Shown here one piece after another: positions 25,105-36,091 of a stretch of DNA of 64,000 nt. The translations under genes were made by a program, and so were the position numbers. The notes under the pieces were generated by a model, which did no database searches, was not told the DNA's origin, and worked only from the letters and a program-made list of their open reading frames with translations. The stretch is from Pseudovirgaria hyperparasitica (Eukaryota): NCBI GenBank assembly GCA_010093815.1, contig ML996580.1. The stretch is one strand, 5' to 3'. Numbering within the stretch: the first letter of the stretch is position 1; each line of letters begins with the position of its first letter.

Positions 25105-25776
25105 TCACTCCCCCTCCCCCTCAAATAACCCCACCCCGCCCTCAACCCCACCAAACACCACCGCCCCAGCCCACTCGCCCCATGCGCGCACCCTCCAGCT
25201 CACTCCTCCTCCTCCTCCTCCTCCTCCCGCACCTCCGCTATTAGATCCAGGTCCAGATCCAGATCCAGATCCGGAACCGCTGGAACCGCTGGAGCCGGAG
25301 CCAGATCCAACCCACCCCCCAACAGCAGCGACAACCGCGTTCCCGTCCTCGCGCGGCACGCGGATGTACATGTCTTGTTCTCTGTCTTGTTCTCCGTGTT
25401 GTTCTCCGTGTTGTTCTCCCCGTTTTCCCTGTCCGTCATGCTTCTGCCGTCCCTGCCCGTCATTCTGTTGCTGGTCGTAGTCATGCTGCTTCTGCTGGTC
25501 GTAATCGTAGGCCTCGTAAGCAGACGTCCCAACAGCGAGGATATCAACCGGTATTGCGCCGCCCGTGTGCCCGAGGAATTGCGAGAGGGCGGCGGCGAGG
25601 TAGGTGCGTGCTGTTAGGGCGTCGAGGGGGGGTTGGTGGTGTTGGCCGGATGTGGACGTGAGGACGAGGTGGATATATGTCCAGTTTGAGCGGGGGAGGG
25701 GGGTGGAGGGTGTGGATTTGGGTTGGTTTTGGGTTTTTCGGGGGGGCTTCTTGGGGGAGGGGGAGAGTGAGGGCAT
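25105..25776 (-). CDS. POP8: RNase P/MRP subunit Pop8-like protein with low-complexity insertions
   Basis: TYIHLVL...LDALTARTYLAAALSQFLGHTGGAIPVDIL and YIRVPREDGNAVVAAVGGW match the Pezizomycotina Pop8 pattern; ATG at 25776. Confidence 0.75.
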   Translation of the reverse strand: MPSLSPSPKKPPRKTQNQPKSTPSTPLPRSNWTYIHLVLTSTSGQHHQPPLDALTARTYLAAALSQFLGHTGGAIPVDILAVGTSAYEAYDYDQQKQHDYDQQQNDGQGRQKHDGQGKRGEQHGEQHGEQDREQDMYIRVPREDGNAVVAAVGGWVGSGSGSSGSSGSGSGSGSGPGSNSGGAGGGGGGGGVSWRVRAWGEWAGAVVFGGVEGGVGLFEGEGE

Positions 25777-26075
25777 TGTTGTTGTTTTTGGTGGTGGTGA
25801 GGGTTTGAGGGTGGTGGGCGTGGAAGATTGTTGTGTGTAGGAATTTCTGGAAGAAGGTTGAGCTCGGACCTGATTATTACCTGGCTGGGCTAGCGGGGAC
25901 TTGCATAGTCTGTAGGGCTGACGGCCCGCGTCATATTGCCTAGTCTGTCTTTCTTCTTCCTCCACCTTTGTCTCCGTCAGCACTGTTGTGTGACATCTCA
26001 CGCAGCGCATTATCATACACATTCACGCTTCATCCTCACCCTGTCCCTCCGCTCGAGGAGTCGCAGCAGCACAAC

Positions 26076-27572
26076 ATGGCCTCCGACTCCTGCAGAGCAC
26101 TCACGAAGCGCTCATCATCCACCACGCTCATGGGCCCGCCGCCTCCACCCCCGAAACGAATAAAACGACCGGCAAAGGTCCTCGACGAAGACACCTACAC
26201 CAACGCACTCGACCACATCATCAAACGCGACTTCTTCCCCGGCCTGCTAGAGACGGAAACACAGCACGAATACCTCGACGCGATCAGCTCCCGAGACAGC
26301 CAATGGATCGCAGAGGCAGAGAGGAAATTGACAGAGGTCATGACGCCCCGGCCCGACGGACGACGCGGGCGCAGAGGCGTCAGCATGACGCCTGCCAGGG
26401 CGATGGAATCTGCTGGTGAGACGCCGCGAGGCTGGACGGGTGATACGCCGCGGACGCAGGTAGATGAAGGAGGGAAGACGGGCGAAGCTGCAGAGAAGGA
26501 CAAGAAGCCGCATCTCAACATGTCGCTCGGCGAGTTCCAGGCGACATACACGTCCGAAGACAACGAGTCGTTCAACGCCGTGCTCGACAGGGAGAACGAG
26601 AAGAAGCGGAAGCAGAACGGCTATCTGTGGGCGGGAAACAGGATCCCGTCGAAGCGACAGCTCGCATGGCACGCTGCTCGCTCATCACAAGAAGAAGATG
26701 AAAATGCAATCGAAGCGCAGCACAACAACCTCATCAAACCCTCCTCCTCCACCACCACAACCCTCATCCGCACAACCCACGCCCCGGACCCCCGCCCCGC
26801 ATCCCTCACCCACCGCCCCTCCTCCACCCCCACAAACGCAATCCTCTTCCCCCCCTCCAGCATCGAACACACCCACCCCACAACCCTCGACGCCGCCCTC
26901 TCCCGCTCCCTCATGCCCCCCAAACGCACAATCTACACAAACACCCGCCTTGCCCCCGACCCTCTCCACCCTTCCTCAATCCCCCCCGCATCCCCCTCCC
27001 TCTCCGCCATCGACGCCGCCATCGCCCGCCGTCCCCGTCCCTCGCTCTCACTCCCTGGCTCCTCCGGCGCGGAAACCCCGCGTGTGAATGGCTATGCTTT
27101 TGTCGATGCTGAGCCTGAGTCTGAGCTTACCCCTGAACCCGACTCGCGATCGGCGTCTGCGCTGCTCGCCCGTCTTGGCCCTGCTGACTCAACCCCGAAC
27201 CCGTTCTCGATTCAAAGGGTCAGCAGGCGCGAGGATCTGCATCATAGGCTTGTTGATCGACGGGCTGCGTTGCATAAGAGGGGGGTGTTGGGCGTGGTTG
27301 GGGGTGGGGGTGGTGGTGGTGGTGGTGGTATGAGTAGTGGTGGTAGGGACGATGGAAATACACCGCGTTTCGCGAGCAGTCCGGTTCAGCATGGGAGTTT
27401 GACGCCCGCGGCGAGGCGGTTGTTGGAGAGGGTGGGGACGCCGAAAAGGGGGGTTGGGTTTGGTGGTGGTGCTGGTGGAGGGGAGGAGAAAGGGGAGAGG
27501 GCGTGGGTGAGGACGAGGACGCCGGTTGGGGGGACGCCGAGGGGTGTGCTGAGGGGGAGGGGAAAGGGGTGA
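26076..27572 (+). CDS. ESS2: Spliceosome-associated protein ESS2/DGCR14 (Es2 family)
   Basis: KVLDEDTYTNALDHIIKRDFFPGL, MSLGEFQATYTSEDNESFNAVL, ETPRVNGYAFV and LTPAARRLL; ATG at 26076. Confidence 0.9.
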   Translation: MASDSCRALTKRSSSTTLMGPPPPPPKRIKRPAKVLDEDTYTNALDHIIKRDFFPGLLETETQHEYLDAISSRDSQWIAEAERKLTEVMTPRPDGRRGRRGVSMTPARAMESAGETPRGWTGDTPRTQVDEGGKTGEAAEKDKKPHLNMSLGEFQATYTSEDNESFNAVLDRENEKKRKQNGYLWAGNRIPSKRQLAWHAARSSQEEDENAIEAQHNNLIKPSSSTTTTLIRTTHAPDPRPASLTHRPSSTPTNAILFPPSSIEHTHPTTLDAALSRSLMPPKRTIYTNTRLAPDPLHPSSIPPASPSLSAIDAAIARRPRPSLSLPGSSGAETPRVNGYAFVDAEPESELTPEPDSRSASALLARLGPADSTPNPFSIQRVSRREDLHHRLVDRRAALHKRGVLGVVGGGGGGGGGGMSSGGRDDGNTPRFASSPVQHGSLTPAARRLLERVGTPKRGVGFGGGAGGGEEKGERAWVRTRTPVGGTPRGVLRGRGKG

Positions 27573-27792
27573 AGGAGGGGTGGGAGGGGGAGGGAGACGA
27601 AGTAGGGTGTGGGAGGTGTGTGATGGGTTGGACTATCATGCTGGTTTTACAGAGGATGAGAGGATGGGAGGAAGGGGGATGGAGGGAAAGGGGATTTGAT
27701 ATTCGGAGTCTGGGGGGAAGGGGGAATGGGGAAGGAGAAGGGGAAAGGGACGAGCAGAGTATTGTATACGGAGTCAAGAATACCAGTTGAAG

Positions 27793-27888
27793 ATGGGATA
27801 GATGGATAGATGGATAGATGGGTGGATAGACGGATAGATGGATGGATGGGTAGATGGATAGATAGACGGATGGATAGATAGACAGATA
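27793..27888. repeat. Degenerate (GATG/GATA) tetranucleotide microsatellite
   Basis: Directly visible. Confidence 0.85.
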
Positions 27889-28142
27889 CCCCCGGCATAA
27901 TGATGCAAGCATTTTATATTCACATGTCATATCGCCATGCCATGACATAACATATCACATCATATACGCTATGCACGCCATGCCATATAGCTAGCACACA
28001 TATTTCGTAGCTAGTACATAGGCAGTACATTGTCCTTAATAATCAGTATTTCGTACTTCATAGTAGTCACCAGTATCATCAGCATAATCAGCATATCTAT
28101 CAGCACACAGCCACGCACGCACCACCCACAACCTACACGTTT

Positions 28143-28288
28143 TCAACACAACACTCAACACACTACACAAAACACACGAAACACACAAAACACACAAAAC
28201 ACAAAACTCAAAACACACAACACACAACACAAAACATAAAACACAAAACACAAAACACAACACACAACACACAAAGCACAAAATCAAA
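28143..28288. repeat. A/C-only degenerate (ACACAAA-like) tandem repeat between the convergent ESS2 and eIF6 3' ends
   Basis: About 145 nt made almost only of A and C. Confidence 0.85.
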
Positions 28289-28392
28289 CGCCTAAGCGCC
28301 GCAAACCCAATCTTATGTTTTTCGAAACATCCCAGCTCCCCTAGCTAGGCATATGTACACAAACACACATCCCACAACCGAGAAACCCAACC

Positions 28393-28783
28393 TCAATAAA
28401 AACTCTCCACCATCGCATCCTTATGCGTCGTATTAATCGCCCCCGCGCCCTGCCCACCCCCCTCACCCAGCCGAAACACACTCTCGACAACACTCAGCTC
28501 CGTGGCGGTAGTGTCCAGCCCCGTGACGGCCATCCAGTCGTTGACCACCATGCCGGCGCCCACGACGGACGAGCCGCGGTTGACGCTGCCGGCGACGAGG
28601 GGCACCTGGAGGAGCGAGGAGAGCTCGTCTTGGTCTTGGATGGAGGTCTTGGGGTGGACGATGCCTCCTGCGTTGGAGAGGGCCATGTAGGAGCCTGTGA
28701 GGACGTTGTCGGCGATGGTTTGGCGGAAGACTTCGACGCCGAGGACGTCGGCGATGCTAGGGGGTTGTTAGTGTGTGTGTGGG

Positions 28784-28830
<47 letters not shown>

Positions 28831-29497
28831 GCGGTTCTGGGCGCATGGGGTTCGGGAGGAGGGAAAGGGGGGTGGAGACGCACATTTCCTCAGTCTCGCG
28901 CTCGATATCCGGGTGCACGAGCGCGACCGTGTCGTTTGCGCATATCACGTTTCCCAGCGCGGACAGGCGCTCTTCGATCCGCTGGATCTTGACTGCGTCG
29001 GGGATGCTGTCGCGCAGGTGTTGCAGTTCTTGGTCTGTGGTGGAGGTTGGGACGAGCAGGCCTTTGCGGTTTCTGTAAGATACGCATGTTCGGTCAGCAT
29101 ATCTGTTCCTTGCCGAGTGATGTAGCTTTGGAAAGGGGGGGGGTGCCTTTACCCGGCGGTCAGACGTCCGACGATGCGCGTGCCGGCAATCGTGGCGTGG
29201 CAGATGGGGATGATGTCTTGGAGTTCGGCTTCGAAGACGCTGCGGCGAGAACGTTCAGTGAGTCATGTTGAGGAGGAATCGGGAGCTTTCTTTACCTGTA
29301 GAAGTTCTCGGACGCACCCACGGCGACGAGGGCGTATGAGTTTGTGAGTGTCGCGAAGACGCCGACTCTAGGAGTTGTATCAGCACGATATGCTCTTCAT
29401 ATTCGCGACTTGACGTAGACAAGAGCGCGTTCGGGGGTCTTTGTGTATGTGTCTCTACTCACTCGTTGGAGTTCTCGAATTGAGCTCTGACGGCCAT
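28393..29497 (-). CDS. TIF6: Eukaryotic translation initiation factor 6 (60S anti-association factor), about 5 exons
   Basis: [12 protein letters not shown] start; [70 protein letters not shown]-terminus MVESFY. A (TG)n tract lies in the last intron (about 28770-28828). Confidence 0.97.
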
Positions 29498-30038
29498 GAC
29501 TGTGTCGTGTGGGGTGTCGTGGGCTTGTAGTGGTAGAATGGTGGAGGAAGATGGAAGTTCTCGAAGGGATGAAGTGACTAGATGGTCCTCGAATAGCGAA
29601 TGTAAGGTGGTGAAGGGGTGTGAGAGTGTATACAGGAGCTGGCTGAGGGAACGAAATATATAAGAAGCGGCCGAATGAAATTTGTAGAGCGCGCGGGCTC
29701 AGCGACGTCAAGGTGGGGGACTGGAAGTTTAGCGCTAGTGAGTTCTGCCCAGCCACAGGTGGCGCTCGCTTGGCCGACAGGATGGATGAGTCGTCGTCGC
29801 TTGTCTACTGCTTTCGGCGATGACTCAGTCGATCTCACACTATGTCAAATGCCAAACAGTATGAATTACTCATCTCCACATTATCCAACACTCTGGAATC
29901 ACAGACAAACAGTCATTGCCATATGGTCCGTGTCATGATCGTGTAATTCTCCTCATTATGAGCCATCCTTGGCGTTTTCAGCCTCAGGCCATGTATCTAC
30001 TCCCCATTCATTCTAAACTCTAATGTATAATGCCCCAT

Positions 30039-32868
30039 TCAGTACTCTGCCAACTTCAGACTTCGTCCGATAGTCTTTCTGCTCTGCGTCTGTTCCTCGG
30101 GCGCCTTCTCTTTCGCCTTCAGTGCGTTCATGAGCATGCCGGCGTCGAAGAAGCCATCTACGGGGAAACTGGTTAGTCAAAGGAAAGATTAAAGGGAGAC
30201 ATCGCTGGGAGGAAGGGTAACAGGACGTGTGAATAGGAAAGTAGAATAGCAAGACCGACACAGCTCCCACTCGCAGTCAGCGCGCACGCCACCCAGAAGA
30301 CTCAGCAGAACGAATGCGGATGCACCATGATACTTCGTCTCCGAGGCAGCGGCGGCGTAATGACACGAGGACTGCTGCATATACTAGCCCTCAACGGCAT
30401 CAACGGCATCAACGGCGAGCTCGGAGGTGTCGGGAGTCCTGCTTCTACGCGGAAATAGGTGTTGCGGGTATGCTCACATCCACTTAGGCCCTCGTCATCC
30501 GACTCTTCCGTGCTTTCGACCGCCGGTGTCGCCGGCGCTTTACCTGTCGCGTCGGCGCCAATCGCACGCCCGCGGTTCTTTGGTCGCTGGCTCTTGGAGC
30601 GCTGATCGAGCTCGCGGGCCCGGGACGCGGTCTTGTCGGTCGATGTGCCGCGCCGCTTGGTCTGGCGGAGGAGTTTGCGCATCTCGAGGAAGTAGGCTTC
30701 GAGGGCGTCGATGAAGCGTGCTGTCTGGCGGTGCTTGGACGATGCGCAGATGGAGATGCTGCCTTCTTTGATGATGTATCCGATGCCGAAGCCGTCGCCG
30801 GATGTTGGGCCGAAGCCGAATTGGCGGAGTGAGGGATTGCCGCAGTTCGATGTCGATAGAACGGTGGTGTTGATCTTGTCCCAGCCTGGGTCGGCAAACA
30901 GTGCTGGGAGGGAGTGGCTGTGTCCGGATGGAGATGTCTCCCTGGCCGATCCTTCGGTTGAGGCTACTGAGTTTTGCGTTGGCGAGCTGATCTGGTCTGA
31001 GACTGGACTCACGGAGCCAGAGTTCAAGTCGACGCTGCTGGTGAGATCGAGGCCCTCGTCGATAGTCCGCTGCCAGATGCAGTACAGTGCGTAAAGATGA
31101 CGGTCTGGTCCCTGAGCCTTTGCACACTCTTTGGTGTTTGCCGTATGTTTCTCGCAGGCTTTCCGTAGGGCTTCAACTTTCTTGTGGGCTGGGTTTTCTC
31201 CCCAGAATGTTCGGATGAACTCGGTAGATGCAGAGGTCACCGATCGAATAGCCTCGGTGCGGCCATGGTAGAAGGTCTTGGTCATGGCAGGCTCGTAAGT
31301 ACATTCAATCCGGCCATAGAGACCATAGTACGCTGCTTGAAACGCCATCTGCACGAATGCATCTGGCGAGAAGCCCATCGAGGTCATAAAGTTCTTACCG
31401 TATTGCGAGAATTCGAGAGTCGCAAACTCATTCTGCTGGATCAGATCGGCCAGTCTTGTCTCCGCGAAACGCAGCGCCGTGCTCAACTCAGGCACCATGT
31501 CCCACTCGAGCTTGTGCGGCGTTGTGCTGACGTCGCCAAAGCTATCCGGATCTCGCTTGGACGGATCTGGGCTCTGTGACGCCCATAGACTTGGTGCCTG
31601 TCCGTTGATTGTTCGGGCGAAGCGTAAGATTGTGTCTGTGTAGACGTCACTTGCGAAGCGCAGGACTGTGTGGCCGTCGACGCCGGTGTGTTCAAAGTTG
31701 ATGCCAGCACTGCCGTTCTTGCAGACGATGATCTGAAGTTTGTCGTACCATCTATTAGTACATGTACCGACCTGGATGCCCTTCTCGACCTTGCTAGAAC
31801 CACAGAGCATGTTCATGCAGAGCTCTGCGCCCGTCTGGGGTTCGGTGTAGTCGAGGCATAGGATAAACAGCGCCGAGTCGACAATGTTGAGACAGTCAGA
31901 GTTATTCGATCCCTCCTCGCGATGCAGCACATCTCGTAGGCCAGACCACGTCTTCCGATTCTCCGTGCTCAGGACACCCACGGCACTCTTGGCAGCCTCT
32001 TGAATAGGCACCTGCGAAGCATCATCGACAATGACCTGAAGGTTGAGCGCAAGATCCTTCTCGGTCATGATCAGGTCAGAGTTTGCGTCCAGGGCATCGA
32101 ACCAGTAGAACTGGCCGTGGGAGAGCACGACAATGTGCTTGGCGTCGGGGTCCTGACCTATCTGACATCCGTTTTCGGTCGGTATCCTGGCCGTGCCAAA
32201 CAGTCTGGAGAACTGGTACATGCACAATGGCTGGCCTTTGATCGTGTCCGGGGGAAGCTCTTCCTTTCTGACGGCGCGGACGAAAGATAGAGCTGATATC
32301 ACGAGAGAGGCTGCACGGGTGACTTGGTTGTTCCTTGCCGGAGTAGGGTCGTCCTCGAGCAGGAAGAACGGGTTCAGATTTAAGACAACCGGGTTGTCAA
32401 AGTTGAGATACGAGTCGTACCCTGGATCTATCAGCACTTTCACAATTAATGGCCTGTAGAAGACTTACAGAATTGTTCAATGTAATTTGACCTTCCAGAA
32501 GCATACTTCTTCAGCTTTTCCTGCAGGTCCGGTCCATCTTGTTTCAAGAACTCTTCGACGGCTCGCTCCGTGTCGCGATGCTCTTTTGAGCTATGGAGAG
32601 GCTCTAATGAGGCCAGGTATTTCTTGAGAGAAGGCTCCAGGTCAGGGATAGGAAGCTTCGGCAGACTGTCCTGGTGAGCAAAGGTCACGCCCGGCTTTGA
32701 GTTTGGGTTCGTGTGTGATGCAAGAGGTTTCCGATCCGCTTCTGTGAATTCTTGCTTGTCCTGTGACGTACCATCCTTCCTCGCGTCGTTGGTCTGAGAC
32801 ATGTCGGTCTGCTTGACGACAGACCGATCCAACGAAGGGGCGGGAGAGAGAAATGTTCGGACTGCCAT
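30039..32868 (-). CDS. facC: Carnitine O-acetyltransferase, FacC/YAT1 type; 3 exons, last intron 30158-30477
   Basis: QDSLPKLPIPDL, PVVLNLNPFFLLEDDP, TCTNRWYDKLQ, catalytic-His region FEHTGVDGH, SPDAFVQMAFQAAY, YEPAMTKTFYHGRTE and LSTSNCGNP. Spliced last exon GYGFFDAGML...GRSLKLAEY*. Confidence 0.93.
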
Positions 32869-34305
32869 GGTAGGGGAGATGCGTTAGCTAAGCGTGTAGC
32901 AGCGATATAAATTTAGAAATAGAGAGCAACCGCAATGCCGTGCGGTAGAAGTAGGGATGACAGTCTTGGAGGAAGTAAGAGGGCATTTGGGTATCAGACC
33001 ATGAGCAGGGCACGAGACAACAGAATGTCGAGAGAGGAAAGAAAGTGAGAAGAATGAGAAGTACAAGATGAACTTATATGAATGAAAAGTGTTTCTCCGT
33101 GCAGAGGACAAGAGGCAAACAGGGGGGTCCGCCCGACCGGAACAGCCCGTCATCAGCCGTGAACATGTGAATGGGGAGCTGTGTGCACTTGCATTTGAAA
33201 TATGCTTGAGACACGACACGGTATGATAACCAGCGGACCATAGAAGCGGAAGAATGGCCGCTAAACTCGGGTGTATAGATAGAAGTCGAAGGGATAACAG
33301 ATATGGAAGCTTAGCATGGCACGTAATGCATGCTTCCGGCTTACCTTGGTAACCTTGTCAGACTGGGGCCCTGAAGGATGGGTTGTGAATGGTCGAGTCG
33401 ACGGATGCTGTAGAGTTAGACTGAATGTGAAGCTCACCACTACCTAGTAACGAGTCTTGACCCCTCGATGCGAGCTGTTGATGGGCACTCAGATAGACGT
33501 AATCACAAGGGGAGGCTTCCCGGGGGACAGCGGGTGACGCCGGTCAAGAGGATGAAGCTGCGGAGGTTTAGTTTCAGAAGGCAGAGACAAGGATAGAGAG
33601 CATGGAGGAGGGGTGCTCGCGATGGACAGATGGACAGATGGATAGATGGAAGTACGGACGGACGAGAGGAAGTGAATGTATTACAGTGCGTTGCGGGCAG
33701 GGTCTCTGTCTGGACGTGGTGGGTCTGGACTGGCTCCACTTCCACTATATGTGATGTATGAAGCGGAGGCTCACAAGGTACGGGCTTGGAGAATCTGCTG
33801 GGTATATGAAGTGTGTAGATGTGTTGACAGAGCAGTGGTGGATGAGATGTGGGAGCGGATGTCAGCGTTGATAGAAGGAGAGGCGTGATCTGGGGCGCGA
33901 GGGACGTCTCAGCCAAGAGGTATGTAGTGTGTAGTGTGGATGATATATGACATGGTAGTAGTACCTTGACTACTTCTGATGTAGTGTGTATTATGTCTTA
34001 AGTGTGATGTCGTTCAGTATAAAGGCTAGTATAGCAGAGCGGACCAGAGGAAGTGAACGCCGAGGTTGATGCAAACTGCCCCGGACTGCCCCAGTTTTAG
34101 GCACCCAGACCCCCCAGATTCCCCAAAACTCCCCTAGAAACGGGCACCAAACGCACCAGACGCAGCTAAAATTAGGCACCAAGTCCCCCCCGGCCGGCGT
34201 CTGACGTCGTTTGCTTGGCCTGGCCGGTCCGTGTTGTGTTTACCCCACCGCTTGTCCTTCACACTTCGCATACACTTCGCACTTCGCACACATAATCACC
34301 ATGCC

Positions 34306-35771
34306 ATGACCGACCTCTTCCACGTCGTGCCACACTTCAACACAAAGCCATTCTCGCACATACTGCCATCGCTCGACAAGAACCTCGTCACCTCCTGCGA
34401 TCTCCTTACCCTCGAGGCTCTCGACGTAGCCAAGCGCGCTCAGGTGCCGGTCGCGGAAGTCTGCAAGCTACAAGACGCCTTGCTCGTCGAACTCCATGCT
34501 CAACTCTGCTTCAAACATGGCGATGATGCTCAGCCGGAGGTGGACACGGCGGAAGAGACGCGTCGGGTGAAGCATGAATGGAGCAGCATCAGTACTTTGG
34601 ACGACGGTTTGGATACCTTACTTGGAGGAGGCATACCTGCTGGCTACCTGACAGAGATCACCGGCGAGAGGTGCGCGTTCGCATTCATACGTACATATAC
34701 TCTCCGTTTACATTCTGACACTCCTACAGCGGCGCAGGCAAAACACAGACCCTCCTCACTCTGCTCCTGAGCGCCCAACTCCCTCCGCCTCACGGCCTCT
34801 CACGCTCCAGCATCTACATCTCCACCGAAGCCTCGCTCTCCACCAGTCGCCTCTCCCAACTGCTCAACTCCCATCCGTACTTCAACTCTCTGCCGCCCTC
34901 AGAACGACCGACTCTCTCTCGAATCCTCAGCATCAAGACGCCCGACCTCGAATCTCAAGACCACATCTTGCGCTACCAGCTCCCCGTTGCCATTCAGCGC
35001 CACAACATTGGTCTTGTCGTCCTCGATTCCGTCGCCGCAAACTATCGCGCCGAGTTTGACAAGCCCAGCAATGGGGCTGGTGGTAGTGGTGGCTCGTCCG
35101 CTGCCCACGCAATGGCAACTCGCAGTGCTCAACTGATCCAACTCGGCGCTTTGTTACGCGGCATTGCGCGGCGCGAGAATGTTGCTGTCGTTGTTGCGAA
35201 TCAGGTCGCTGATCGCTTCGACCGCCAGGACCGCGCACCGTCGGGTAATGCGAGCAGGAACACTTCGTACAACAGCCAGGCCAGCATGACCAAGTCTACT
35301 GGAGGTCGTGCAGATGTTGCAGGCCATAATACGCCGCGTGCAGGAACACCGAGAGTAGGAACACCACGGACAGGGACACCAACGCCCATATCCCTCGCAA
35401 CTGCGGATCCCATGTCGCTCGACCACCAGCAGCGCTGGCTGACTGGCTGGGGGGACACTCGCCCGGAGCACCCGGATCATCACCAAGAGGGCCTCAAAAC
35501 GCCCGCCCTAGGTCTCGTGTGGACAAACCAGCTCGCGTGCCGGATCGCGCTGATCAAAGAGCCCGAATTCGCTGCCCCGCCAGACATATTCGCCATGTTG
35601 GCACGGGGGGACCATCTGAATGCGGAAGAGGACGGCGAGAGCGCAGCGACGCGCGAGAGGGAGATTGTGCGCTGGCGGCGGTGGATGAAGGTTGTGTTTG
35701 CGCCGTGGACCGCGCCGACGAGCGGTCGCGGGCTGGAGTTTCGGATTACTGCAGAGGGACTCAAGACTTGA
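34306..35771 (+). CDS. RAD57: Rad51 paralogue Rad57 (XRCC3-like); intron 34671-34729
   Basis: N-terminus MTDLFHVVPHF..FSHILPSL; ISTLDDGLDTLLGGGIPAGYLTEITGE|SGAGKTQ (Walker A across the intron); LVVLDSVAANYRAEF; VVVANQVADRF; KTPALGLVWTNQLACRIAL; RWMKVVFAPW. Confidence 0.92.
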
Positions 35772-36091
35772 TGGCGGACTTTTGTGGCTGCTATCCGTTG
35801 GACTATCTTGGTTGTGAGAAGTAGCAGTAAATACAACGTTGGAAATACCCCTTTCTTGCGCTCAGTCTTTGCTTAAAAGGCAGTCTCCTGGGAATTAGAG
35901 CTATGCGAGGTGTTCGTAATTTGGTCACTTCAGTTACAATCAGCCAACGTGACAGACTCGTACTCATCAGCATCAACTCCATACTTTCAATCGACCAGAA
36001 CAGTTGAACGAGCACCACACGCACACAAAGTTAAAAACAAGCAATAAATACCAATACCAACTATCCACACCCCACAACATCCCCCAAAGCC

